Of a stretch of DNA of 64,000 nucleotides, positions 1 to 12,499 are shown one piece after another. The position numbers were made by a program, and so were the translations under genes. Source of the DNA: Epiperipatus broadwayi (taxonomy: Eukaryota; Animalia; Onychophora); the NCBI GenBank assembly GCA_028023455.1, contig JAQFVV010000007.1:11284001-11348000 (forward strand), given 5' to 3'. The notes beneath the pieces were generated by a model. The model was not told the DNA's origin, searched no databases, and saw only the letters and a list, made by a program, of their open reading frames with translations. Position 1 is the stretch's first letter. Each line of letters starts with the position of its first letter.

Positions 1-279
1 GTGTTTATTCCAGAGTTTTTTTGTTTATTATATTCATTTTAGTTTATTTATATATATGCCATTCAGTCTTAGGATTCAAACTGTATAGCTATATCATTAA
101 TCTCATTGATTGTGATTATATTAATTGATATTGTTATTGAAATAAGCAAATAGTTTATTAATATTGTTATTATAATTTTGGATATATCATCATTACCATT
201 GGCAACACCACATCACTACATAACCATGTTTATATATAACAATAAAATATTAATATAATGATCATCATTAACTATTATA

Positions 280-650
280 TACAGTTGTTCAATTCACAGT
301 GGTACTTTCAGTTAATTCCTTAACCATCTTCAACTGCTGTTAAATTCAAAAAATGTAATGGAAGTAAACATCATCAACTCAAATCCCATGAATCCTGAAT
401 GTTAACACTAGCAGCTTGTCTATTGAGTATATTCATTTTATTTCTATTTATTAAAATTGCCTCCTTAATTTTTCTTTTGTTATGGATTCTCTCTTCATAA
501 ATAATGTTAACATATTCAAGATCAAACTTCCATTATGTTTTTTTTGTATTTAATGACAATTGAGGATGGTTAAGGAATTAACTAAAAGTACTTCTGCAGA
601 TTAAAAGAGTGAATATAGTAGTTAATTGTCATTATATTTATTAATTAATG
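280..650. mobile_element. Inverted pair of Penelope-pLTR-like fragments with variant hammerhead core (family D)
   Basis: 280-400 is the reverse complement of about 515-650. Minus strand reads gcag-TTGAAGA(327-333)-t-ggttaa/ggaa/ttaact-GAAA-GTAC; plus strand has ttgagga at 560-566 with the same stem II. The same motif occurs at 51490-51530 (-) and 55697-55740 (+). Confidence 0.6.
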
Positions 651-666
651 GGCATTTGATTTGTAT

Positions 667-719
<53 letters not shown>
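667..719. repeat. (CA)n(TA)n microsatellite
   Basis: Direct reading of the dinucleotide run. Confidence 0.97.
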
Positions 720-722
<3 letters not shown>

Positions 723-839
723 GAACCATTATATGCAGTACTCTAAGATCAAAATAAATCAAATTACAAAAGAAAAATGAATTTACTTTCACTTGTATGT
801 CTAAGCTCTCACATGAATCATAGATTAGAACAATTACAA

Positions 840-1400
840 AGTGAACATTAAATCAGCTGAAATATCTTTACAACTAGTGATGGAAGAAAAATCTTAAGCA
901 ACTTTTAAGTTGGATGATTATTAATTTGAGAATTAAGAAGTTTAAGTACCTTGGTAGTTTTATAAGTTGAAAGTTAATAAATTAAAAGAGAAGAATATTT
1001 TATCACAGGGTAATAATGTTGGCAATTAAGTTAGCTGTGCACAAAGCTGTTATTTTTGCCTAATTTACTGTAAGAAAGAGAAACTTGGATACCCTATGAT
1101 GCATTAAAAATGGATTGGGAAATATTCATTTAAAGATGTTCTGTAAAATTTTGGAAATACAGTGACAAAATAATAAAATCAATCTGTATTTTTTTCGACT
1201 TAATGAATGTGGTATTATAATAGTTCATTACTATAAAATCACAACTTTGTTAAATTGCACATGTGAAATAAATGAGCATTAAAAGAGTTTCTCAAAGAGT
1301 GATTTATTGGTGAATTTAAGCATAGTTTGCATGGGAGTGATAGAACTTCTCTGTGCCATAATGATTATCTTAAAGACCATTTAAAGAAGCGCAATGTCAG
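840..1400 (+). mobile_element. Highly decayed 3' fragment of an RTE-like LINE (RT thumb region)
   Basis: aagtttaagtaccttggtagt translates KFKYLGS, preceded by a GL.IN-like segment; many stops. Confidence 0.45.
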
Positions 1401-3004
1401 TTGTTTCATTTGGTAAATATGAAACAAATATAATACACTGAAGAGCTTCAAATACACATAGTTTTGAAATACTTTAAAACTAAATAGTGTCTGCTAAAGA
1501 AATTAAAAGGCAACATCAACATCACAAAATATCAAATAAACAAAAAAAACAAAACAACTGTGATGCATATATGTTGACATAATTTGATTCATAAAGTTGT
1601 TTTGTATAGCCATCATTTTAAAACTCATTTCTAGAATTTTTTTCTGTCTTTTCATTTTTTTTTTTGAGGTGGAGGATTGAATGGCCATATTTATGAGTAT
1701 ATTGAGTGTGTTTATTTGTAATATTTTGTAGAATGAACAGAAATAAACTCTAATTTGTGGATTGAAGTGTACATGAATTTGTTGTTAGAATAATAACATC
1801 ATAGCTGATTTTAAATTTACATTTATAGTTATCACTGTTCTAATCTATAATCAATATAACAGCTTGGGAAAATAAATTAACTTTAATGTTATAGAATGAT
1901 GCATTTATGTACATAAAATTTGTAGATTTCCTGTTTCATGACAGTGGCAGGTCAAGTACTTGAAGAGTCCTGGGCACAAAATAGTTTTGAGGTCTCTTTT
2001 TTCCAAATATTTTATAATGTTATCAAATAAATTTATTAATTAATATAAAATACTGATTAAGAAATCATTTCCTTAAATCAAATATGCTAATTACAACTTT
2101 TACCCTTTATATGATTGTTTAAAAATTAAATGTTTACTTTAAAAATGTGCTAATGAATTTCTTTGTTAATATATTCCCACATGTTTTAATTATTTGTAAT
2201 TTTCAACTTCAGCTTAAAACCTTTTCTTTATAGCTAAAGAAAATAAAAAAATGTTAAGTAAATTAAGATAATAATAATAATAATACGAAAATAAATTTAA
2301 TTGATTTTACCTTTAAATTGATTTTAATATCCAGTTATATACTTCAACTAAAATGCAGTAGATTTTTCTGCTTGTATGAATATTGTCTCTTGATTCTAAT
2401 AACCAGTGATCACAGTATACAGTGATTACTGTATGTAACACAAACAGTAACATAGAACATAAATAGACACAATTTTCTTCACAAAAACAGTGATGCTAAA
2501 ATAAATACCAACCCTAATCCAAGCATTTAAAAACTGTTATATTTATTTGAAGTTTCTATTTTGCTAGAGAAGATCAACCATGCTCATTTGATTGGATATT
2601 AGGTACATAACCACACAAATTTTTTTAAATATTATTTATTACTTAAGATATTTTGTTATAGCCAGAAAGGAAATTGTATTGGTCAATTATCAAGTAGTAA
2701 AACTTTTACTATTTCATTTGTTATTTGATGGATAGTAAATGGTCTATATAAAGATGTTAACTGTGTTTAAGGTTTTCTGATTTTCTAAATCTTAGTGACC
2801 ACTGACATTTGAAACCTTTGTGTTTGTGTTTCTTGTGCTGATGCAGTAATTGACCATTGCTCCAAGTGTTGCCTAGTTTTTAGTATTGGAAAATATTATT
2901 ATAACATAATATAATATTGAATGGTTTGCTCAGAGTCTATTAAAATGAGTTATAATTAATCTAATCTTATAGTTTAAATATAAGCTATTTCAAATGAAAT
3001 TGCA

Positions 3005-3860
3005 AAAATATTTTTGAAATTATTTTTATGCTTTTTGTAAGAACTTGGATGATTAAACAAATATAGATTAATTTTTAGTTGTAATCCCATTTATTTTGAA
3101 TAACAGGAATTGAGAGAAAATATCCATGTAAATAGAGATAACTTTATAGTTTATGTTGTGTGAAAACCATTAATTATTAAGTGACTATCATAAGCTTTTC
3201 TCTAATAATGCATAGCCTTTTTGTCCTGAGTTTAAATAAAAAATAGAGAAAACTTGCCTTTTTAGGAATGTTGGTTAATAATTTATTGTTTCCTAAAAAC
3301 ATCAAAGTTAAAGTTATCTCTTATTGTTTACATATAAATATAATTATAATGAAACAGCAAAAATATTTATGCTGAAATTTTTATTAACTTTTATAGTTAT
3401 CATTCATGCAAGAACTTGGACAAACAAACACATATGGATTCATTTTTATAGTAATTTCATTATTTTAAATGATGGAAATTGAAGGATTATATCCCTGTAA
3501 ACAGAGATAACTTTACCATTAATGTTTCTCAGAAACCATTAATTATATAAAAACATAGAGAGAAACAACAAATATGGATTAATTTTTAATTATAATTTCA
3601 TTTATTTTGAATAATGGAAATTGAAGGATATATCCATGTAAACAATCAGAGATAACTTTATATTTTGTATTGCTTAAAAACCATTAATAATTAATTGACA
3701 GACCTAAGTCTTTCTCTAATAATATATAACTCTTTTGTCCTGAGTTTAAATGGAAGAGAAAAGGGAAAAAAACTCAATTGCTTCTGGAATGTCAATTAAT
3801 AATTTATTGTTTCCTAGACACATCAAAGTTAAACTTATCTCTAATTATTTACATATATAA
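3005..3860 (+). repeat. Diverged tandem duplication, unit about 370 bp (full, partial, full)
   Basis: Blocks such as tatccatgtaaa..gagataacttta and aaaaccattaat recur near 3120, 3490 and 3630; ttttgtcctgagtttaaat and catcaaagttaaa.ttatctct recur near 3220-3320 and 3730-3840. Confidence 0.8.
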
Positions 3861-4269
3861 ACAAAAATATAATTTCTCTATTTCTGTTGTTTACATCATA
3901 ATAAATCCATAAAATATTAAATTTAATATATATAAGAATAAAAAATCATGTCATAAAATATTTTTAATTATTTAGGATACAGAATAAGCAACAAACATAT
4001 CAAATATATGTATTTCAAGATTATATATATATGTAAATATTTTTTTTGGGTGTATACCATGTATTATTTTGTTTATTAAATTTCAGAGGTTATTACTTAA
4101 GACCTAACAGATTGTCATTAAGACCTTAACTTTAACAATAATGATTGATATTTTATTGACATGTCAGGAATTTAATAAACAAAATAATACATGGTTTAAC
4201 ACAAAAATGGTTTTATTTACATTATCATGAAAATATTAAATATATATATATATATATATTACTTTCAGT

Positions 4270-7050
4270 TCTCTAAAATTATCATCACTTTTAGTTTCTT
4301 ACTGGAGAATGAAAAATCTTTGCAAATTTAATAGTTTTTCCAATGTATGGTAGTTTCACTTTTTCCACATCACCTTAGCAACTTATTATTTTACTATCCA
4401 TTTTACATGTGAATTCTTTATAGGACCTTTACAATCACTTAAGATATTTTTAAAAACTTTATTTGTCTATATATTATCATCCCTTTTAAAAACATGTCCA
4501 GATCAACTTCATTTTGGTTTTTTAATTATTTCAATAATATCAATAATTTCTGTCTGTTTCCTCATTTGCATGCTTCACTTCCTTTCTCTTCTTGTTACAA
4601 CCAACTTGCATTCCTCCATATTTTATTGAGGGGTCCAAAGATTCTATATTGTTCTGCACTTTAATGTTTAAGTTTTAGATACATGTGTACGAATTGTCAA
4701 AATAGTTAGTAATTTTTTTTCCCCAAATACAAAAGAATATTTTTTTATATGTTAGAAATGAAAAGCACATCAGAAGAGTTCAGTTCTATGATTAATTTGT
4801 TCCTTATATTCCCCATCTTTTTTAGTAATTTTCCTACAATATTTATTTTCTTCTTCTAATTCACGATTATATCAGCTTTATTTTTTATTTTGTGAAAATC
4901 CTTTGAACATTACTTTAATCTTTTAGCTTTAATCCTAATTTTTTATTTCATCTGATTAATCTTGCAACATTTCCTGAAGCTCTCAAGTATTATTTGCGAA
5001 GAAAACTATTTTTAGCTGCAAATTTCCAATGGCTTAAATAATGTTCATTTAATTTTATTTTCTTAGCTTATCATTTTAATCCACAAAATATTGTTCAACT
5101 GCTATAAAAATTTTGGATATATGAAATCACTTGGTTGTAGACACTTATCTATATTAATTCATCTTAGTGCCAACATAAATCATTGCTTTTGAAATTTGGT
5201 GATCATTCTTCAGAATGGAGCAATATCCTGAATCCATATTTTGATAATCCAAAGTTTTAATTACTGTAGGAATGCTTATAGAATCAAGTGGCATTTCATA
5301 ATCTACTAATCCAAGGCATAATTGTATCTCTTATTCATTACTTTTTATATAACTTCACTCAGTACTTAGATGTAATGCAATGCCCATATTACTTATAAAT
5401 TCATCACATTCTTTTGTTTGATTAGAAGTTTATGGAAGGTAAATTGTAATTACCTTGCTTAAAATTTTGGATAAATCTGATAGATGACTTGTAGGTCTGT
5501 AATTTCTAATATCTTTTTTGTGACTTTTATTAAATATCAACATTACTATTATATTCTTTTGAATACCTGGTACTTTTTTTTAGGATTTAGACATTTAATT
5601 TGCACTTTTATCACCAATTTTTTTATTCCTTCACCTGCTTTTTTAAGGATATCAATAATAAATCCATCATTTCTCATAGCCATTTTTCTCTTTGTCATAT
5701 ATTTAATGCATGTCTATTTTATTCAATTAAAATACTTAGAAATTCAGAAGATGTAATAATTGTAATGACTTCTTTGCTTTCTTGTTTTTTATTACATTTC
5801 ATGATGTTGTCCTTTATTATCAATAACATCATCTTTGCTTTTTATACAGAAATTTTTTTTTCTCATACTAAATGTTTTATATTTTCACTCTCTTTTATAG
5901 CTTTCTTTAAAATTCACAATTTATTGTTTCTTGTGTTCTTGGGAACTGATTTTTTCTTTCTTTATTTTTTTCAAAATTGTAAGATATTCAATTTTCTTAA
6001 TGGATTGTTTTTAATTATTTTCATATTCTTTATTTTCTTCATGGATTGTTTTCTCTCAGTTGAAAATTCACTAATGGATTGCTATTTTTTATCTCAGCTA
6101 TTCCTTATTGCAATACTCAGGTATCTTTTTATTGGTTTCAATCAGGTATCAATCATATTCAAAGTCTGTTAAAACTTTAAAACAATTTCCAAATTATAAC
6201 TGAAATTTAATGGAGTGTTTCTGAATGCTAGCAATCTTATTTTTTAATCCGTGTTTTTGTCTCTTTAATTTTACATTAGCAAGTATCTTTTATTTTATTA
6301 TTCAATTTGAATTTCTTGCATTGAATCTATTAACTCATTATAATCTTGAAATGCATTTTGATATTTAAAACAGTCAAATTCAGTTGTACTTTCATTTGGA
6401 TGCTTTTGAGTCCACTTCTATTTTGGATTTTTTTAAAAAAAAAAAAAAACAATACATAATATATATTTTTACTTTTTCTGCCAATTCCACAAGTCTGTAT
6501 TTGCTCTCTTTTCTGTGACTCCTGTAAATTTGTTGTTTTTCAATTCTGACATTACAATTTCTCATGACAACTTTAAACTTTTGTTTCATTTTATCAAAAA
6601 TATTTCGTACATATATATAAATATTCTCTGTATTTTCATCACAATGAAAACTTGTTGACCCCCTGCATATGATATTTTTCATTAAATTAAATAATTATCT
6701 CCAAAATGTGGTTCTTTAACTGTTATTCATAATTATTATTATTCTACTTGAGCTTCCAATAATTATATCTTTAGAGAAAATATGTATGTACATTTTTAAA
6801 ATTAATTATCTCATCTTTTTCCCAACTTTACAAAGTCCAACAACATCTCTAGATAATTCTTTTTATTCAATCCTTTTTGCAGAAGTTATCTATGAATATA
6901 AACAATTAAATGAAAAGTGATTTTTAAATGGCAGCCTGCAACCATAATCAGAAGATTCTTAGAACCTTCTATTTTTGGTCATCACCTTCTGCCTTGACTT
7001 TTGATTCCATTTTCTCCTAGAAATAAAGGACAATATTTAGTTTTATCTGT
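4270..7050 (-). mobile_element. Old, near-full-length RTE-clade LINE (APE + RT), same family as the copies at 19.5 kb and 37.7-40.9 kb
   Basis: Minus-strand motifs: KYRLVELAEK (ORF 6392-6682, APE), KKDIRNYRPTSHLSDLSKIL (about 5460-5530), LCLGLVDYE..DSI (RT). The 3' end resembles 40600-40870. ORF 5600-6172(+) is its antisense shadow. Confidence 0.85.
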
Positions 7051-7854
7051 CACGATTTAAATATCACTAAAATTATTATATACATATTCATCTAATCTTC
7101 AAAAAATTGAATTGATGCCTAAATTAAGAATTATCACAATTGGAAGAAAGATGGTAGTTTTTTTAAGGCTTAAACTCAAATGCAAAAAAGAGAGTTAACT
7201 CACTATGGTAGCTGATGTATGTTGGCCAGAAACCCATCCATGTTCATTTATTATATGAATAATCATATAATAACAACTGCAATGACAAGAATATATAGAG
7301 TGCTAAAAAAAAACACTTGAAGATGACTGATGCTTAAATATATTGATATATTGGGAATAAACTGAAATGGTTAATTGCATAGACATGTATTTAAAGTAGG
7401 ACAACATTTTAAAATAATATACTTCAGGAAAAGGGTTTTGACAATAGCCTCTTATAGACTATGGCGTAGTAAGTTATAAATAAAGGCTATTTAATAATAT
7501 GGGTATGTGTTTGTGATTGCAAAATAAAATGTTCAGTTCATTCAAAATGGATCCATTAAATAGATTACTTTTCGAAAGTTAATTTAAATCTCTACACAGA
7601 TCTATTGCAAGTTATGGAAGTGTTTTATATCTCTTAATTTTATGAACATGAACTGAAATTTACACCTATAATTTTTCTTTAAGAAAGACAGAATTTTTGA
7701 ATAATTGTCTACATGATTTAGTGTAACAATTTTCAGATAATTAAAATAATTCTTGAATTAACTGTTTACAGATCCAGGAGTTAGCCAGCATTTTTCTGAA
7801 GAAAGGCTTCTAATGTAGATGAGTGTGATGCAAATACACATGTATTTCCAAATG

Positions 7855-8810
7855 TTCATATATATTGCTTATATTAACTTCTCTCATATACACTTTAATG
7901 CAAAAAATAGTTTTAAATAAAACTTCTTTATTTTCCTGACAGTTTCAGAACGCTCTGATGAAGACTGCTGGACAGTCAAAACTGTCAGGAAAATTAAGTT
8001 TTATTAAAAAAAAAATTGCCCCTTAAACCGCTAATTTTATCATTGGTTGTATCAGATAAAAATCAAATCTTTTAATTGGCCAACTCACAAACTGAAGACA
8101 AAGCCTATTGTTAAAACATATTCGCCTATAATATTAAATTCAACTCAGATACATTTATAAAAAGTATATAATTAATTTTTAAGGTTGTGAAGACAACGAA
8201 AGTTCTTTCAAAAATAAATTGCTATTTATTTATTCTAAGATAATCAATATCGGCAACATAAAAGTTATAATGTAAACAAAAAGATCGACTTTTACGTTAT
8301 AGAAAAGTAAATATTTCTTTTTATTACAACTTCAATATTTGTACTAAAATCTTCAATATTTTTCGAAAATAATTTTGTTTTTTTATTATTCTCTCTGAAA
8401 ATTATGTTTAATTTCCATAAATATTATTTAATAATAATTTAAATCGTATTGAAATGAAAATCTCAGCGTTTTTCTTTATTTTCTTTGATCAGGCAGTTTC
8501 TTTGTTCTTTCCAGCCAATCAGAATGTCTTTTTCGGCTGAGAGCATGCTAAGAACCAATCACAAATAATGTTCCTTCTTTGTTTAGGTTTAAATGCGTTT
8601 TTTCTCTATTTTTTACTTCTAAAATAAATCGGAAGATGTCACCATCGTACAGAACTTTTAAAAACGAATTCAATACGTATTTAACGAATTTTTTCGTATG
8701 AAAACGAACTGAATTAGAGTGATTTCAGATGTCGACGAGGAGCCTCGTCGGGCGCGGGAAAAGGGTTAAAGTGTATATGGGAGAAGTTATTATAAGCAAT
8801 ATATGAATAT
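7855..8810. mobile_element. Head-to-head inverted Penelope-pLTR-like insertion with minimal hammerhead, interrupted by a piggyBac-derived segment
   Basis: 7855-7946 is the reverse complement of 7978-8026 joined to 8766-8808 (gtgtatatg.gagaagtta.tataagcaatatatgaa). The HHR-like core is CTGATGA(7955-7961)-a-gactg/ctgga/cagtc-aAAAC-T-GTC-agg. Confidence 0.7.
8027..8769. mobile_element. piggyBac-like non-autonomous fragment, one terminal repeat visible
   Basis: Ends ...GGGAAAAGGG-TTAA (TTAA 8766-8769), with sub-terminal palindrome CGACGAGG-ag-CCTCGTCG (8733-8750). Flanked by TTAA at 8023-8026, and removing it restores the right arm of the surrounding inverted repeat. CpG-rich relative to flanks. 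Confidence 0.75.
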
Positions 8811-11624
8811 ATGAAGAAATGCAAAGAAAGTAAAATAGAAAAATAAGAGTATATAATTCCAAATGTCTAATATCAGCAAATTAGTGAAAAAGGTCGATTT
8901 ATACATACTTGCAAAATTTAATTACATAAAGTAAATAAAAAAGCAAATTGTTTTATATTCAAGAGTTCATAATCAGTTCGAGTGCTGGAAAATAACAGAA
9001 ATAGATATGAACTCATAACTCCAGAGTCTATTACTCCCACCATACAGGGTTATGTCTAAAGTGACTGATCGGTTTTTCCTTTTACGGTTTTACTTTCATT
9101 TTGTATGCAAAATAAACGAAACAATACTTCATTAGAGTTTATCATATGTTTGCTATCATATCTTATGGTAAGAGTAGAACATAGCAATAACTTATCATCG
9201 ATGACAATCAAGTTACTGTCTTGTTATCATGCTCTAGTGAGTAATGATTTCTTCATTTACATTTGTAAAGAGAACCTAATATTAGTCACTATATACGTAC
9301 ATACACATTTTAAAATTTCATTATCATTTATTTGTTTCATTATACAATTTTATCTTTAACTTAATCCTGCAGTAACTTTCTTTTTCAGCTTTCTTTTTCT
9401 TTAATACATAGATTTTTTTCTCTTTTAAACTTCTTTAATCAATAAAGAGAGCTTTCCATTAAACATCTACCATTTTCTTTAATCTTATTTTTAATCAAAG
9501 GTATCGATAGTGAGACATGATTTTGGTGTAAAGTTGAAGGTTTAACTTCTTATCTAACTGACTTAGTAGAATGAAGTGTACGCCATAAGAATGAAAATGA
9601 GTTGGCTAAAAAAAAAGTTAAACAAAGCTTAAGATAGGTAGCTTTTGTTTATGTGAATGGCTGATTATATTGTATAATTTTTTTTTATATATTCATGTGA
9701 TTAATTTGAACAACTTAACTGATAAAGTAGTTTATTAATGCAACTATATATATATTTGAAAATGATTACACAATATGTGAATATTAATTTTTAAAATTTT
9801 ACACACACATATATATATTATTACACTTCTTTTTTTTTTATTATTAAGGAAAATATATGTATAATTACAATATAAATCTTGTTGGTATACATTTGTTTGG
9901 ATTTGTTACACATATTATAACAATCATTAATAAATAATTTTTCAAATTAGAAAATATACCCATTTGAAACATTAGTTATTACTAGGACAAATTAATTTCA
10001 TGATCAGAGCAAAAAGCTCATCGTTCAAACTTAGTCTATAATTGTTGTGTACTAGTTTTATATCAGAACAACTGGCTCTTCATTTAGTGACTTAGCTAGT
10101 GATCATTGTGCAGTCCATATTTTGATTGATAGTGATCAATCGTCATTCTCCATCTAACTGAACAACTTTTTAAATCTTGAATTAATTTTTAATTAGCATG
10201 CCTGAGTATTGGCTCTTCATCCAGTGGCCTAAGTTGCCCTCAAGTGTCTGTGAAGAGCTTTTCCAATGTTAATAAGTGATCCCTAAACACAGTCCTTTGA
10301 ATAAATTTTTTACACACTTCCCATGGTTCTTTATCCTCATTAACCACATGGCACGAAGCAGGAACATTCCCATTTCTAATTGCAGCAAAGACACCACTCT
10401 TTATAGCATCCCTGATTCTTAGAATTTTCATGTTATATGGCAGTACTCTGCTTATGATATTTTGTCTAGCAGAACACAAAAATGGGCAAGCAGTAAAAAT
10501 ATGTTTAATAGTTTCATCTGCCACTTTACATAAGCTACATAGTGGTTCTATTTGTGAGAAATTTCTATGATTTACCAAAAATTGATTGATTGGCAAGGCT
10601 TTCAAATTTAATTTTATGATAAAGTCAATATGTTTGGCTTCCAAGTAGCAAAATTTTAGTTTCCTGATTAGTAATTTGTTAGATAAATCAAGCTCAATAG
10701 TTAATTCAGTAATGTTGCATGCATGTATTTGTAAACTTGCTAGTAAGTGTTAGTGTTGTCAATAATTGATGCCGTAACTTTGAAAAATTTATTGGCATAT
10801 GCTAGCAGCTCCATGGCCCACTTACTTTGTATGGGTGGCAGCATGTCAGAAAGTTCAATCTCATCCTGTACTGAGTCCACTAGAAATCTTGGATTATTGC
10901 CTTAAGCATTGATAGGAATTTCTGAATGAAAAAGATGTTGAGATCTTGCAACCTGAGCCCATTCAGGTCTTTCGGTGTCTGCATCTTGGCTAAACAGATG
11001 GTTACTGTTTTCCTCTGCCACAAGATGCCAGTGTAGACTGAGATTATTGCATTCCAAAAGGGCCTGGTTGGTTTAAGAAGTGGCATGAAGTAATTAATTC
11101 ATAGAAGCATCAACATGTTAATCAGTGCTGCCTTACCCAGGAGTGATAAGTAGATTCCTGAGAGAGCACTTGCAACCTTTTTGGTTTTTTTCTAGAATGC
11201 TGTTTGCAGTACTTTTTTTCATAACTGATCTGGACAGCACCATAGAAAATCCAAGAAAGTTTTGAGGTTTCCTGAAGAATCTTTAAGAAATTGTTGTCAC
11301 CCAATGGATCTTCCAGGTAGCAGATTTTTCAGAGTTTATTCTTAGCCCATATCTCTCAGTGTATTCATCCAGCAGTTTATATAGTTTGGGCAAGTATTTA
11401 TGTGAGGGGAGGAAGACTATAATGTCATCAACATATGATATGTGATGAACTTCCTCCCCTAGCACTGGTGCAAATACCCCAGGAAGACCAAAACAAGAGT
11501 CATACATCACATGACCCTATCTCTTAAGCTTGTAAGTTATAAACAATGAGTATTGACAATTCCTCTACAAGCTTTATGATAAATACTTAGCCAGAGCCAG
11601 CACTTAAAATATCTCTGTCAGGAA

Positions 11625-11686
11625 ACCCTCTCCAAACCCCTGACAATGGTTTCATGCTTTGGCACTCCTCAGAGAGGTGTCAGGGT
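11625..11686 (-). ncRNA. Type I hammerhead ribozyme, family A (canonical core)
   Basis: accct-gaca-cctct-CTGAGGA-gtgc/caaa/gcat-GAAAC-catt-GTC^agggg-tttggag-agggt. Stem I cctct/agggg plus distal accct/agggt with an internal loop; predicted cleavage between 11642 and 11641. Confidence 0.85.
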
Positions 11687-12436
11687 AATTTCAGACACTA
11701 GATCTAAAAATACCAATTCAAAGCTAAGCACTTAACTAAAAGTTATCTATTGAGTGGAAAATCTGAAATTTTCAGACATCTACATGTCTTCAAACCCAGC
11801 TATCCAGATCAAATAGCGATATGGGCTGATAAATCTTCAGCCATACCATATATTAGTAGTCTTAGCAATATAAAATTGCATAAAACTAATGGCAGAGACT
11901 ATAAATGGTCAAAAGAAGAGTCATACATCACATGGCCCTATATCTTAAGCTTGTAAGTTATAAACAATGAGGATTGCCAATTCCTCTACAAGCTTTATGA
12001 TAAATGCTTAGCCAGAGCCAGCACTTAAAATATCTCTGTCAGAAATCCCTCACCAGGTCAAGGGTTTGGGGAGGGGTTCCTGACAGAGATATTTTAAGTG
12101 CTGGCTCTAGCTAAGCATTTATCATAAAGCTTGTAGAGGAATTGGCAATCCTCATTGTTTATAACTTACAAGCTTAGGAGATAGGGTCATATGATGTATG
12201 ACTCTTGTTTTGACTATTTATAGTCTCTGCCATAAGTTTTATGCAATTTTATATTGCTAAGACTACTAATATATGATATGGCTGAAGATCTATCAGTCCC
12301 ATACAGCTATTTGAGTTGGATAGCTGGGTTTGAAGACATGTAGATGTCTGAAAATTTCAGATTTTCCACTCAATAGATAACTTTTAGTTAAGTGCTTGGC
12401 TTTGGGTTGGTATTTTTTGATCTAGTGTCTGAACCT

Positions 12437-12499
12437 ACCCTGACACCTTTTTGAGGAGTGCTAAAGCATGAAACCATGGTCAGGGGTTTGGGGAGGGGT
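12437..12499 (+). ncRNA. Type I hammerhead ribozyme, family A (C3U core variant, probably impaired)
   Basis: ccctgacaccttt-TTGAGGA(12451-12457)-gtgc/taaa/gcat-GAAAC-CATG-GTC^agggg. The stem III region ACCATGGT is palindromic. Confidence 0.75.

Noticed and set aside
5484-6172. Long hydrophobic ORFs (90 and 190 aa) on the plus strand
   Set aside because: Antisense shadows of the Lys/Glu-rich RTE ORF on the minus strand.
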